The notes beneath the pieces were generated by a model. It worked only from the letters and a program-made list of their open reading frames with translations, ran no database searches and was not told where the DNA came from. This document shows positions 52,297-64,000 of a stretch of 64,000 nucleotides of DNA, one piece after another (the first letter of the stretch is position 1; each line of letters starts with the position of its first letter). Where the stretch lies: assembly GCA_951406725.2 (NCBI GenBank), contig OX597815.1:88660001-88724000 (forward strand). The letters are read 5' to 3'. The DNA comes from Octopus vulgaris (taxonomy: Eukaryota). A program made the translations under genes and the position numbers.

Positions 52297-54060
52297 TTAA
52301 TTGTTTGTCGTAGACCCGTTAAGAAGTGGCTTGTATTTTGTAATAAAGAGATTTTCTTTACTTATTCGTTGTCTCGAGGTTGTATCGTCCCTAAATTGGT
52401 AGAGGGGAAAAATTCTGAAGTTTGGTGTTTTTTTGTTGGCGCAAGTATCTATGTGTTGGCTAAAAGCTATTTTTCTGTTTTGGGGAATTTTTATCTGGGA
52501 TCTGTGCAGGGCCATTCGTTTACGCAAACCATTTTTTGTTTGGCCTATGTACTGCTCTTGACACCCGAAGCAGGTTAGTGAGTATATTAGGTTCTCCGAA
52601 GCACATGTGAAGTTGCTTTTCACTGTAAACCGTTGTCCCTGTTTGAAGGAGAACTCTGATCCCTCAATTAGATAGTCGCATATCCCGCAATTGGGTCTTC
52701 CACATTTTTTTACTGTCGGCTTCTGTGTTGAAGAGTGAATTCGGGCTTGTGTAAGAAGACTTTTCATGGATCTAGGCTGTCTTTTGCTTTTTATGATCGT
52801 GTGTGTTTGGAGGATTGTGTTCATTCTGTGGTCTTTTTTTAGGAGTGGTATGTTGTGGAGGATGGTGTCGAAGGCTTCGTTATTGAGAGGGTTGTGTGTG
52901 GAGATGTATGGTAAGGCTTTTGGTTGTAAGTTTTTCTTTGATTTAGGATGTCTCAGTTCCTTGATGTTAAGTTGAAGGGCACGTTGAATGCACTTGTCAA
53001 TAAATGAAGGTGGATAGTTCCTGGTGATAAGGGTGTCTTTTAGTTCTTGTAGTCGTGTGTCTCTGGTGTTTGCGTTAGAGACTATAGTGCATATCCTTTT
53101 TGCTAGATTGAAGGGGATATTCATCCTGGTGTGTCTGGGGTGGCATGAATTGAATGGAAGATATTGCTTAGAGTCTGTAGGCTTATAGTATATGTCTGTT
53201 TCTATTATATTATTAGCTTTCTTAATGAGGATATCGAGGAAGGGGAGTTGTTGTTGGCTATATTCCATCGTGAATTGGATGTTTACGTCCAGTCCGTTTA
53301 AAATTTTCTGGAATTCTATGAGTTTTTCTATATTTTTATGCCAAAGGATGAAACAGTCATCTAGATATCTCTTCCAGTTGTTTTCTATGTAGATGGAGAA
53401 GGGGCTGCCATATCTTTCTAGAACCTTACGATACAGACTGATCTCTAGGTATCCTATGACTAGGTTGGCAAAGGAGGGGGCCATTCGTGTACCCATCGCA
53501 GTCCCCGATTTTTGTCGGTAGAAGTTGTCATTGAAGGCGAAGAAGTTATTTTCCAGGATGAATTTAACCCCTTCTATCACAAATTCTTTTTTGATGCGGT
53601 GTGGTAGTTCGTTGGCGTGATTCTCTAGCCAGAATTGGATTGCGTCTAGTCCTAGGTTGTGGGGGATATTGGAGTAGAGGTTGGCTACATCGAAGGATAC
53701 CAGTATGGTGTTTTTGTTTATAGTATTCGGTAGGTGATTGAGCATATCTAAGTCGTCCCTTATATAGCTTTTGACATGTTTGAGGAGTGGTTTTAACAGG
53801 GTGTCTAAAAAGTTACTGAGGCGGTGGGTTTCGCATGCGGGACCTGCTATTATGGGTCTCAATTTGAGGTCATTAGGATTAGGGACTTTAATTATTTTGT
53901 CTGTAGCTATCTTGCATGCGTTGCTTATTTTTTCACTTTTGTGGATCTTAGGTATACCGTAGAATTGGCTAGTTTTACTTGTGAAATTGGTCATATAATC
54001 ATATTCTTTGTCGGTGAGCCCTGCTTTGTATGGGTTTAATATGGATTTTAGTTCCCTCAT
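52297..54060 (-). CDS. PLE reverse transcriptase plus Cys-rich linker plus GIY-YIG endonuclease (587 aa, N-terminus missing)
   Basis: FYGIPKIHK, LRPII, LVSFDVANLYSNIP, YRQKSGTAMG, RYLDD, LPFLD, YYKPTD, CGRPNCGIC, CASENLIYSLTCFGC..YIGQT, R..LH, and a C-terminal E..FI.KY.P.LN. No internal stops. Confidence 0.95.
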   Translation of the reverse strand: MRELKSILNPYKAGLTDKEYDYMTNFTSKTSQFYGIPKIHKSEKISNACKIATDKIIKVPNPNDLKLRPIIAGPACETHRLSNFLDTLLKPLLKHVKSYIRDDLDMLNHLPNTINKNTILVSFDVANLYSNIPHNLGLDAIQFWLENHANELPHRIKKEFVIEGVKFILENNFFAFNDNFYRQKSGTAMGTRMAPSFANLVIGYLEISLYRKVLERYGSPFSIYIENNWKRYLDDCFILWHKNIEKLIEFQKILNGLDVNIQFTMEYSQQQLPFLDILIKKANNIIETDIYYKPTDSKQYLPFNSCHPRHTRMNIPFNLAKRICTIVSNANTRDTRLQELKDTLITRNYPPSFIDKCIQRALQLNIKELRHPKSKKNLQPKALPYISTHNPLNNEAFDTILHNIPLLKKDHRMNTILQTHTIIKSKRQPRSMKSLLTQARIHSSTQKPTVKKCGRPNCGICDYLIEGSEFSFKQGQRFTVKSNFTCASENLIYSLTCFGCQEQYIGQTKNGLRKRMALHRSQIKIPQNRKIAFSQHIDTCANKKTPNFRIFPLYQFRDDTTSRQRISKENLFITKYKPLLNGSTTNN

Positions 54061-54127
54061 TATTTTTTGTTGACTGTAGTTTTGTGCATATATAGTTTTG
54101 TTATATATGCATATAGCTTTGAAGAGT

Positions 54128-54360
54128 TCACCTGCGGTGTAAGAGTTGAGTTTCTTTACAGCATATGTACCACCAAAGTATAAATTTCTTATTCAGTGAC
54201 AAGACCTAGCAATATTTCATTATATCGGTCACTTTTCTTGAATCTTACAATTGTAGCATATATCGGAAAGCCCAATGAATATAACGTAAAAGTTGTGTTT
54301 CGGTTGTTGCTATTGTCTGAGATAATGTAAAACGAACAGTCACGCGCATTCACACACACA
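54128..54360 (+). repeat. Flank B of the duplicated unit (second copy at 56219-56400)
   Basis: TCA(C/T)CTGCGGTGTAAGAGTTGAGTTTCTTTACAGCA...CAGTCACGCGC-(CA)n is present twice, with indels. Confidence 0.9.
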
Positions 54361-54528
54361 CACACACACACACATACACACACACACACACATACAAACA
54401 CACACACACATACACGTATATATGTGAGTGTCTGTGTGTGAGAATATATATATATATATTATAAACCTCGTTCAGAGATTTATTATTGCTTATATATATA
54501 TATATATATATTTTTATATATATATATA

Positions 54529-55792
54529 CGAGGGGCGTTCAATAAGTAATGCCCCTGACCCACTTCCCATAGCAGTAGAGCAACGAAACTTGGCACAGTT
54601 ATTAGTCTTTTTCTACATAGGAACCACCCAGAGTTACGCATTTCTCCTATCGTTTGATGCGGCTCTGGAGACCGTTTTTGTAGAAGAACCCAGCTTGGTC
54701 CTCCAACCTCAACGTGACTTCAGAAATCAAGGCTGCATCATCTGGGAAACGCTTTCCTTTCAAAAACAACTTCATGATTAGGAGGTGCAAGGTCAGGAAA
54801 GTAGGGGGGATGGGAGAGGAGTTCATAGCAATACGCCTGTGCTTCTGATCTGGCGACAAGCGAGTTGTGGACCGGAGCGTTGTCCTGCAGGGGGAGGATG
54901 CCTTTGCTGATCTTACCCCGCCTCTTGATTTTGATAACTTCTCTTAATTTCCTCAAAAGTGAAGCATAATAGGCTCCTGCAATTGTGGTACCCTTTGCCA
55001 GGAAATCTGTCATCACTACTCCGTCCTGGTCCCAGAAGACTGTGAGCATGACCTTGCCAGCGGAGGGCTGCACACTTGCCTTCTTTGGAGGGGGTGAATC
55101 ACGGTGCTTCCACTGCATTGACTGGGCTTTGGTCTCTGGATCATCGTGATGGACCCAGGTTTCATCCTGTGTAATCAGTCTTTTGAAAAATTTTGACTCA
55201 TCTTCTTGGCACATCTCCAAATTCACCCTCTAGCACTCGACGCGTTCTTGCTTTTGGAAAGGCGTGAGCAACCTGGGAATCCATCTGGCAGACACCTTTT
55301 GCATATGCAAATGGTCATGAATGATAGTTTCCACAGACCCGGTAGTAATATTGACCTCATGGGCTATTTGGCGAATAATTATGCGTCGGTCTTCCAAAAT
55401 GGCAGCCTCAACTTGACGGACAGATGTCTCATCAATGGCAGAAGGGGGCGACCAGATCTGGGAGCTGTTTCCACAGAGTTCCGACCATGTTTGAATTCAC
55501 GATGCCAGCGTTTTACAAGGTCATATGATGGGGCATCATCACCATAAGTTACTTTCATTTCATCAAAAGTCTCCCGTGGTGTGCGTCCTTTCAAATACAA
55601 AAACCGGATCACTGCTCGACACTCAACAGGCTCCATTTCACACTTGACTCGGTTCAAACACCTGTAAATCAGAAACCACAATGAATTCAGAGCTGTAATT
55701 TGCCACTTACTCTATAGAGATATAAATGATTGCACATGCTAAATCAAACAACTGCAAGTGAGTCAGAGGCATTACTTATTGAACGTCCCTCG
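54529..55792 (-). mobile_element. Full-length mariner element (1264 bp), transposase frameshifted
   Basis: About 31-bp TIRs, CGAGGGGCGTTCAATAAGTAATGCCCCTGAC and GTCAGAGGCATTACTTATTGAACGTCCCTCG, with TA on both sides. Confidence 0.96.
54647..55636 (-). pseudogene. mariner DD34D transposase pseudogene
   Basis: MEPVECRAVIRFL, RSGRP, WIPRLLT, ITQDETWVHH, LQDNAPVH and HPPYFPDLAP. The third catalytic Asp region is deleted and the sequence is split over several frames. Confidence 0.92.
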
Positions 55793-56017
55793 TATATATA
55801 TATATATATGCATATATATATATTCTCACACACACACATGCACACATATATATTCTCACACACAGACACTCACATATATACACCTTGTACAAATCAATTT
55901 GGCTATGACTGAGTTTGCTTAGCTTGAACAAGTGGATCGCTAAACATGAAGTCTACTTTCTCTTTACAATTTATTTGACTCTAATTGTCACATATTATAT
56001 CTACAGGTATATATATA

Positions 56018-56215
56018 TGGGGAGAGTTCACGAAAAAAAAAACAAAAGACGAAGACAGGTGGTGTATAAAACAAACAGATGTATTAGTATAACGCTTAGG
56101 AAATTGAAGAAGTCTTTTACGTTTCGAGCCTACGCTCTTCTACAGAAAGGGACACAGAAAAAAACAAGGAGAGAAAAAAATGCATGTAGTGGCTACCGAT
56201 GCATGTGGTTTTGAC
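56018..56215 (-). mobile_element. Short PLE terminal (pLTR) remnant with a hammerhead-like motif at 56114-56149
   Basis: Minus strand reads CTTT-CTGTAGAA-GAGC-GTAG-GCTC-GAAA-C-G-TA-AAAG. The remnant abuts (TA)n. Confidence 0.6.
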
Positions 56216-56396
56216 GGGCTCATCTGCGGTGTAAGAGTTGAGTTTCTTTACAGCACAGGTCACTTTTCTTGGATCGTACAATTGTGGCATATACCGGAAA
56301 GCCCAATGAATCACTTATTAAAGAATACACCGTAAAAGTTGTGTTTCGGTTGTTGCTGTTGACTGAGATAATGTAAAATGCACAGTCACGCGCGTT

Positions 56397-56402
56397 CACA
56401 CA

Positions 56403-56476
<74 letters not shown>
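56397..56476. repeat. (CA)n microsatellite
   Basis: Direct repeat. Confidence 0.95.
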
Positions 56477-56479
<3 letters not shown>

Positions 56480-57111
56480 AAACAGACTCACGCATAAAAG
56501 CTTATATAACTTACGGCCTACCTTGATGCTTGACAAATTATGTTTTGAAAATGTTGACAATACTTTCAAAGGTTTTCTTACCTGAAAGTAGAAAGAAGTT
56601 GTTAGTGAGAATGATGGAATATGTGAAATGTTTTTTTCATAGGATCCAGTCTCCGAAGCCAAGGATATAACAAAAAAATGCTTAAATAAATCTAGCTGAA
56701 GAATCCATGAAGAAACGTTCATATACGACACACAAAGTAATCCTTACAGTCCAAAATCTGTCAGATTCATGTGAATAACACTACGGTACCGGTTATAGTT
56801 CATTAAATGATTTCATTCACATTTAGATTCTATTAAATTTGATGATTTGTTTAAATAATTAAATCCAGTTTAATTAATGTTTGAATATATAAATATTTGG
56901 AATATGTATATTTATGAATTTCAGTTAATGATTAACTATTTGATTCCTTCATTTCTCGCTGTGTATGAGGCTTCAGAAACATGGTAGGCATACGTTTAGT
57001 TGCTTAAAGTGCATGGTCCGTTGTGTCTTTGAGCAAGGCACTTGTTTCCACCATGGAATTAATTTAACCTGGGAAGAAATAAGACGCGCTGTAAACAGTG
57101 ATCACTTGTGA

Positions 57112-57295
57112 ATCTATCTATCAATCCATCGATCTGTCTATATATCTATCAATCTATCTATATATCTATCAATCTATCTATCTATCTATCTATCTATCAA
57201 TATATCTATCAATCTATCTATCTATCAATATATCTATCAATCTATCTATCTATCAATATATCTATCAATCTATCTATCTATCAATATATCTATCA

Positions 57296-57362
<67 letters not shown>

Positions 57363-57382
57363 ACACACACACACACACACAC
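57112..57382. repeat. (TATC)n with TCAA/ATAT variants, then (CA)n
   Basis: Direct repeat. Confidence 0.92.
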
Positions 57383-57697
57383 GGGCACGTATGTATGTTT
57401 GCGTGTAGACTTACTAGTATTAGGATTAAAAACACGTCAAACATCAAGTTTTCCGTTGACACATCAAATCCAGTAGTTTTAGAGAACTGGGACTACCACT
57501 GTGCACACTATAGACATTTAACACTTCATTTAATATTAGAGTCCTGTCAAGAGAGAACGTAGACTAAACAGTATCTAGGTACGATATATATATATAAACA
57601 TATGTAGTAGATATACAAGTATGCCAAATTCACTTATATTACCGTAGACTGGAAAAATGGTGACTGTTTTAAACAATATTCAAAACTTAGTAGGGTA

Positions 57698-58012
<315 letters not shown>

Positions 58013-58321
58013 TCGCATCACATAACGACAATACGGCACAACTATTTCACCTCCATTGGACCCGCTCTCTTCAACATTACACCAGGACACGTCAAAAAAG
58101 AAACTGACCACACAAAGTTCAAGAAGTCTTTGGACAAATTCCTTCAAACAGTACCGGACAAACCACCCACACCCGGATATGTCTCCGCAAACAATAATTC
58201 TCTGCTCGAATGGGCCTTGGTGCCCAAATCCTGAACTGAAAGACTTCGCCAGATGGTGCTATTAAGTTAGACATGGCCTGGGCCAATACTGGCCAAAACC
58301 TTTCTAAGTTATTCTAAGTTA
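58013..58321 (+). mobile_element. 3' end of a second CR1/L2-group LINE
   Basis: [17 protein letters not shown]...[16 protein letters not shown]...NNSLLEW* parallels the 31525 element. It has a GGCCA-ATAC-TGGCC stem-loop and a (TTCTAAGTTA)2 tail. Confidence 0.8.
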
Positions 58322-58388
58322 TATACATATATATCTATCAGTCTATATATCTATCAATCCATCTGAGCTGAAACTAGGAAAAAAAAAA

Positions 58389-59080
<692 letters not shown>

Positions 59081-59084
59081 TTGT

Positions 59085-59245
59085 GTGTGTATATGCTTGT
59101 GTGTGTGTGTGTGTTTGTCCTCTCCCACATCGATTGACAACCGATACTAGTGTGTTTACATTCCCGTAACTTAGCAGCTCGGCAAAATAGACCGATATAA
59201 TACGTACTAGGCTTACAAAGAATAAATCCTGGAGTCGATTTGAAA
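59085..59245 (+). mobile_element. SINE family B, 3' half
   Basis: GTGTTTGTCC...GACAACCGAT...CCGTAACTTAGC...GGCTTACAAAGAATAA. Confidence 0.8.
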
Positions 59246-59497
59246 CCAAAGAATGAAAGGAAATGTCTATATATGTACATATATATAGTATATATATTTG
59301 CCTATCTGTTTAACTACATGTATGTACGTATGTGTTTTAAATATATATCACATACAGTCACTCTCTCTCTCTCTCGAACACACACACGACTAGTTGGATA
59401 CATACGTACACACATTAATGTATATAGTGTATACATAATACACATATTTAACCCCCACACTCAGATATATACATACATAAACACACACACACACACA

Positions 59498-59895
59498 TAT
59501 TCTTTTATTCTTTTACTTGTTTGTCATTTGACTGAGGTCATACTGGAGCGTCGCCTTTAGTGGAACAAATCGATTCCAAGGCTTATTCTTTGTAAGCCTA
59601 GTACTTATTCTATCGCCCCCTTTGCCGAACCGCTAAGTTATGGGGACGTAAACACACCAACATTGGTTGTCAAGCTATGGTTGGGTGTACAAACACAAAT
59701 ATACACATATACGTAGGTATATATATATATATATATATCTATATATACACACACATATATGCGATGAGCTTCTTTCAGTTTCCGCCTACCAAATTCACTC
59801 ACAAGTAGAAGACACTTTCCCAAGGTGCCATGCGGTGAGACTGAACTCGGAACCATGTGGTTGGGAAGCAAGCTTCTTACCACATAGCCAATCCC
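59498..59895 (-). mobile_element. SINE family B
   Basis: Head-to-tail match with a small internal deletion. Confidence 0.88.
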
Positions 59896-59979
<84 letters not shown>

Positions 59980-59987
<8 letters not shown>

Positions 59988-60380
59988 ACTTGTTTCAGTC
60001 ATTTAACTGTGGCCATACTGGAGCACTGCCTTTAGTCGAACAAATCGACCCAGGACTTATTCTTTGTAAGCCTAGTGCTTATTGTATCGGTCTCTTTTGC
60101 CGAACTGCTAAGTTACGGGGACGTAAACACACCAGCATCGATTGTCCAGCGATGTTGGGGGGACCAACACAGACACACAAGCACATACGCACACACATAC
60201 ATATATATACATATATACGACAGTCTTCTTTCAGTTTCCGTCTACCATATCCACTCACGCGGCTTTGGCCGGCTCGAGGCTATAGTAGAAGACACTTGCC
60301 CAAGGCTCCACGCGGTGGGACTGAACCCGGAACCATGTGGTTGGTAATCTAGCTACTTACAACACAGCCACTCCTACGCC
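59980..60380 (-). mobile_element. SINE family B, full copy
   Basis: Head-to-tail match. Confidence 0.9.
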
Positions 60381-61290
60381 TATTATATATACATATATGT
60401 GTGCGTGTGTGTGTGTATCACGCCCACTCGCATATATATAAATGAAAAACAGACTCGGAAACCTGTACGTGCTTCTAATACATTTTAATATAAACTTCCT
60501 CTTACTCCAACCGGGATATGTGAGTGTGAGTGTGCGTGAGTGTGCGTGAGTGTACGTATACACACACACACACACACACATTCATGCATAGTGATAGATA
60601 GATATACATACATATATATATATATACACGTATATATTTACATGTATACATAGGTATGTGCATATTTATATATATATATATATAATTATAATGTTTACAC
60701 ATTCACACACAAAATTTCGTTGTATTCCACACAGTCCCCAATATCTTTAAATTTATAAGCATACTATAATTTCCGGGGCAACTCTACCAGCGTGATTTCT
60801 GCTGTAGTTTCTAAATTATTTTCTAAAATCACTTTCAATTATGAGGTGTTCTTTCCATCGTTCCCTACTTCTGTTTTGTTGGAACGCGCTAATAAAAGGT
60901 GTACATATGACACATATTGTATTTCGGTATAAGTTTGCTTTTTTTTTTATAACCGCCAAATTCGTTTCTAAGTATATGCATAGGAGTTTCTCGTACTTGT
61001 GTGTGTGTGCGTGTGTGTGTGTCAGAAGTTTTGATAGATCGTACAAAGGTGAATATTGTTTATTTACTTTACGTAGCGTTGATAGCTGAATTGGCTTCGT
61101 AGATTAAAGCTAAAAAATAGGTACAGTTTAATCCAGAGAAAATATATTTTTAATTGTTTCAATTCAAGTAAACGAGATGTGTGACAGAGTGAAAATTAAT
61201 GTTGGTACGTAAAGCAATTTAGGTTATTTTACACCTAATTTACATGTACACACACATACACAGACAGGCAGACACAGACACACACACACA

Positions 61291-61305
61291 TGTATATACA
61301 TACAA

Positions 61306-61343
<38 letters not shown>

Positions 61344-61417
61344 TTACATACATATATATACATACAACGATATATATATATATATATATATACTTACATA
61401 CATATATATACATACAA

Positions 61418-61465
<48 letters not shown>

Positions 61466-61504
61466 TTACATACATATATATACACTTACATACACATATA
61501 TATA

Positions 61505-61550
<46 letters not shown>
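61291..61550. repeat. Higher-order microsatellite: 3 units of TATATACATACAACGA-(TA)n-ACTTACATACA
   Basis: CAACGA and CTTACA interruptions recur in register. Confidence 0.85.
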
Positions 61551-61552
<2 letters not shown>

Positions 61553-63118
61553 CCTTATGTGCTGTTAGTATTAAACGAGATATTGTTAGTACCGGTGTCT
61601 AAGGTGATCAAGGAACTTACCTGTTGAAGATTTGTTTTTCATATGTATCAAGACATTAGTATTAGCTAAGTATTGAAATGTATACCTAACTATGTATATA
61701 TTATATTAATATATATAGTTACATGCAATTATATAATGTTAATAAGTATATACCCATGATATTTTACATTGAGACACACATACATTTGTACGCGGAGTTT
61801 TAAAGTTCACACTTCAAAACATAAAGATTTAGGTTATTGTTGTGAACGAACGGACACTAGTATATTGACTCTCCAGTTTGGAGGTATAAAAAAAAGAACA
61901 AAAGGGCAAGCAGAATCATTATTTAAATTTTGTACGCGTTAATTTACAAATCTTAATACCAAAATATTTGATTTGTATCAGAAAGTATTATATGAACACA
62001 ATTTAAAATCCAAATACGAATATTCGGCTTTGAAAACTAGTTTAATACATCGAGGATAGAGGAAGAAAAAAAAGAAAGAAAAGAAAAGAAAGAATAAGAA
62101 AAAGTTTTAATCGCTTAAAAAAGATTAATTACATGCAAAAACCTTGGAAACAAGCAAAGCTAGGTCAAAATAGTAGACAACTACACAACTTGCTTAAACA
62201 GTGACAGTGTGGAGAGAAGGTAGTGAATACAACAGCTATCATTGTTCTCGACCGTCGGCAAGTAGAAGTTTGTTTATGACAGGTAAGAGCAGTAGTAATA
62301 GTAATAGCTTGTGTTGTAGTAATAACAGCAGCCGTACCAAGTAGCTCCAGGTAACTTCAATATAGCCACCGGCAGAAACTGGTCTACACTACCTGATTTC
62401 AGTAACTGTTTGAAGCTTAAATGTGCCTGGTTTGAGTTGAATCGACAAAAGGATCGATTGGATAAATAAAAACATGTACCAACATCTCGCCCCATCTCTC
62501 TTTCTCTCTCCCTGTCTCTCATACATGTGTGTGTGTGTGCTCTCAAACATATAGGAAAATAATACTTTTTTAGACGAGCTGACTAATAAATAATAAAGTT
62601 GAAAATCTACGTGAAGTATTTAAGAAAATTTGTTTACGTCAATTTAACGTATTTCACAATTCCATGATTTTCAAAAGTTGTGTGCGACAGCAAAGTGGAA
62701 CGATGTTGCAACTGTCTCATTTGCTCTTATAAAATCATTTTGGCTCAAATAATCATCCTTTAAAATATAGTTTAATTGGTTGATGGTCGCTAGATAAGGC
62801 ACAGAATTTGGTTAATGCTTTAGGGCTTCACACTGTATGAATGATAATTGTGCCCAAAGATAGATTAAAGTTGTGTCAATCCAATGAATGCGTCATGTGA
62901 AAGCACGACAATAATGCATAGATATAGAACTACACATTTTCAAACACACGCAAACTCACACACACATGCACCCATATTATAGATAAAATAAAGTATAACG
63001 TCTGGTCTTCATATAAACGACAGTTCCCCAATAACAAAATTTCTTAGTCTTTGTACCGATGTTAGAAAACGAGTACTATTATTAGTATTATTAGTAGTAT
63101 TATTGTTATCATAATTAC

Positions 63119-63792
63119 TAAGGCTACGAGTCGACAAAATCGTTAACATGCCAGGCAAAATGCTTAGTGACATTGCGTCCGTCTTTATGTTTTGAATTCA
63201 AACTTCGCCGAGATCAACTTTGCTTTTCATTCTTCCGGGGTCAATAGAATAGAACCAGTTGAATACTGAGGTCAATGTAATCGACTTACCTCCACTACTG
63301 AAATTGCTGGCTTTGTGCTAAAATTTGAAATTCTCATTATTGATATTAAGGCAGAATTGTTAGCACGTTGAGTAAAATGTCTAGCGGCCGTTCTGAGTTC
63401 AAATTCCACTGAGGCCGACTTTGCTTTTCATCTTTTTGGGGTAGATAAAATAAGTACCACTTGAGTACTGGCTCGATGTAATCAAATATCCCACTCCTAA
63501 AAATTTCAGCTCTTGTGCCTAAAGCAGAAAGGATTATTATTATTAAAGCAGCGAGTTAGTATTAATATTGCTTTTTAAGGCGGCGAGTTGGCAGAATCCT
63601 TACCGCGCCGGAAAAATGTTTAGCGGTATTTCTTTTAGCTTTATGTAGTTAGTTCAAATTACGTCGAGGTTAAGTTTGCTTTTCAGCCTTTCGGGGTCGA
63701 TAAAATATATATCAGTTGAGCACTGGGATCGCTGTTATCGACTTTCCCCCTTCCCCACAATTTCGAGCCTTGTGCCTATGGTAGAAAGAATT
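63119..63792 (+). mobile_element. Array of three SINE family A copies plus an abortive head, separated by ATT-rich linkers
   Basis: Copies at about 63119-63333, 63347-63535 and 63577-63792. Each has the AAATG.TTAG, AGTTCAAA/ATTCAAA and Meta-like motifs. Confidence 0.85.
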
Positions 63793-64000
63793 ATCGATAT
63801 TCCTTTCATTCACTCGACACTTCGTTGTTGTTCTGTCGGTATAGGATTGCCTGATATCAAGCCGTAACCGTAATTTTAGGTAACTGGCACATCTCTTGTT
63901 CTTGCAATGCGAAGCAAACAGGTTTCCTGTGGAAATTCACCTCGATATCCAAGAAATAACCATTTAATCTTCTTTCTGGTGTTACTAACACTCATGTTAT

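Larger units (their letters stand above)
51566..54090 (-). mobile_element. Penelope-like retroelement (Neptune-like), 5'-truncated, 3' end at (TA)n
   Basis: RT plus GIY-YIG ORF, followed by a ~730-nt 3' region that contains a hammerhead. Sharp junction with (TA)n. Confidence 0.93.

Noticed and set aside
62200-62345. Candidate host exon with a CAG|GTAAGA donor and a Ser-rich frame
   Set aside because: The acceptor is weak, the frame is short and low-complexity, and there is no recognisable domain. It cannot be supported without RNA data.

Overview
This is AT-rich eukaryotic DNA with very dense microsatellites and no host protein-coding gene that I can support. The tRNA-derived SINE families and the long (TA)n, (TATG)n and (TATC)n tracts point to a coleoid cephalopod, most likely Octopus; this is pattern recognition, not a search result. 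Most ORFs in the track are microsatellite artefacts. The real content is transposable elements: (1) a 5'-truncated Penelope-like element (PLE) with an uninterrupted 587-aa RT plus GIY-YIG ORF and a hammerhead ribozyme carrying a U3-A8 core variant; (2) two more PLE remnants with hammerhead-like motifs; (3) a full-length mariner and a truncated Tc1; (4) an internally deleted Gypsy LTR element; (5) Helitron 5' and 3' ends, a hAT MITE and a possible piggyBac remnant; (6) 3' ends of CR1/L2-like and RTE LINEs, R4/Dong-like RT remnants, and three SINE families. The most interesting signals are a tandem array of predicted pseudoknots in the RTE 3' UTR, a covarying 3' stem-loop shared by a SINE and two LINE ends, and two different PLEs sitting in the same (TA)n site of two paralogous copies of a local duplication.
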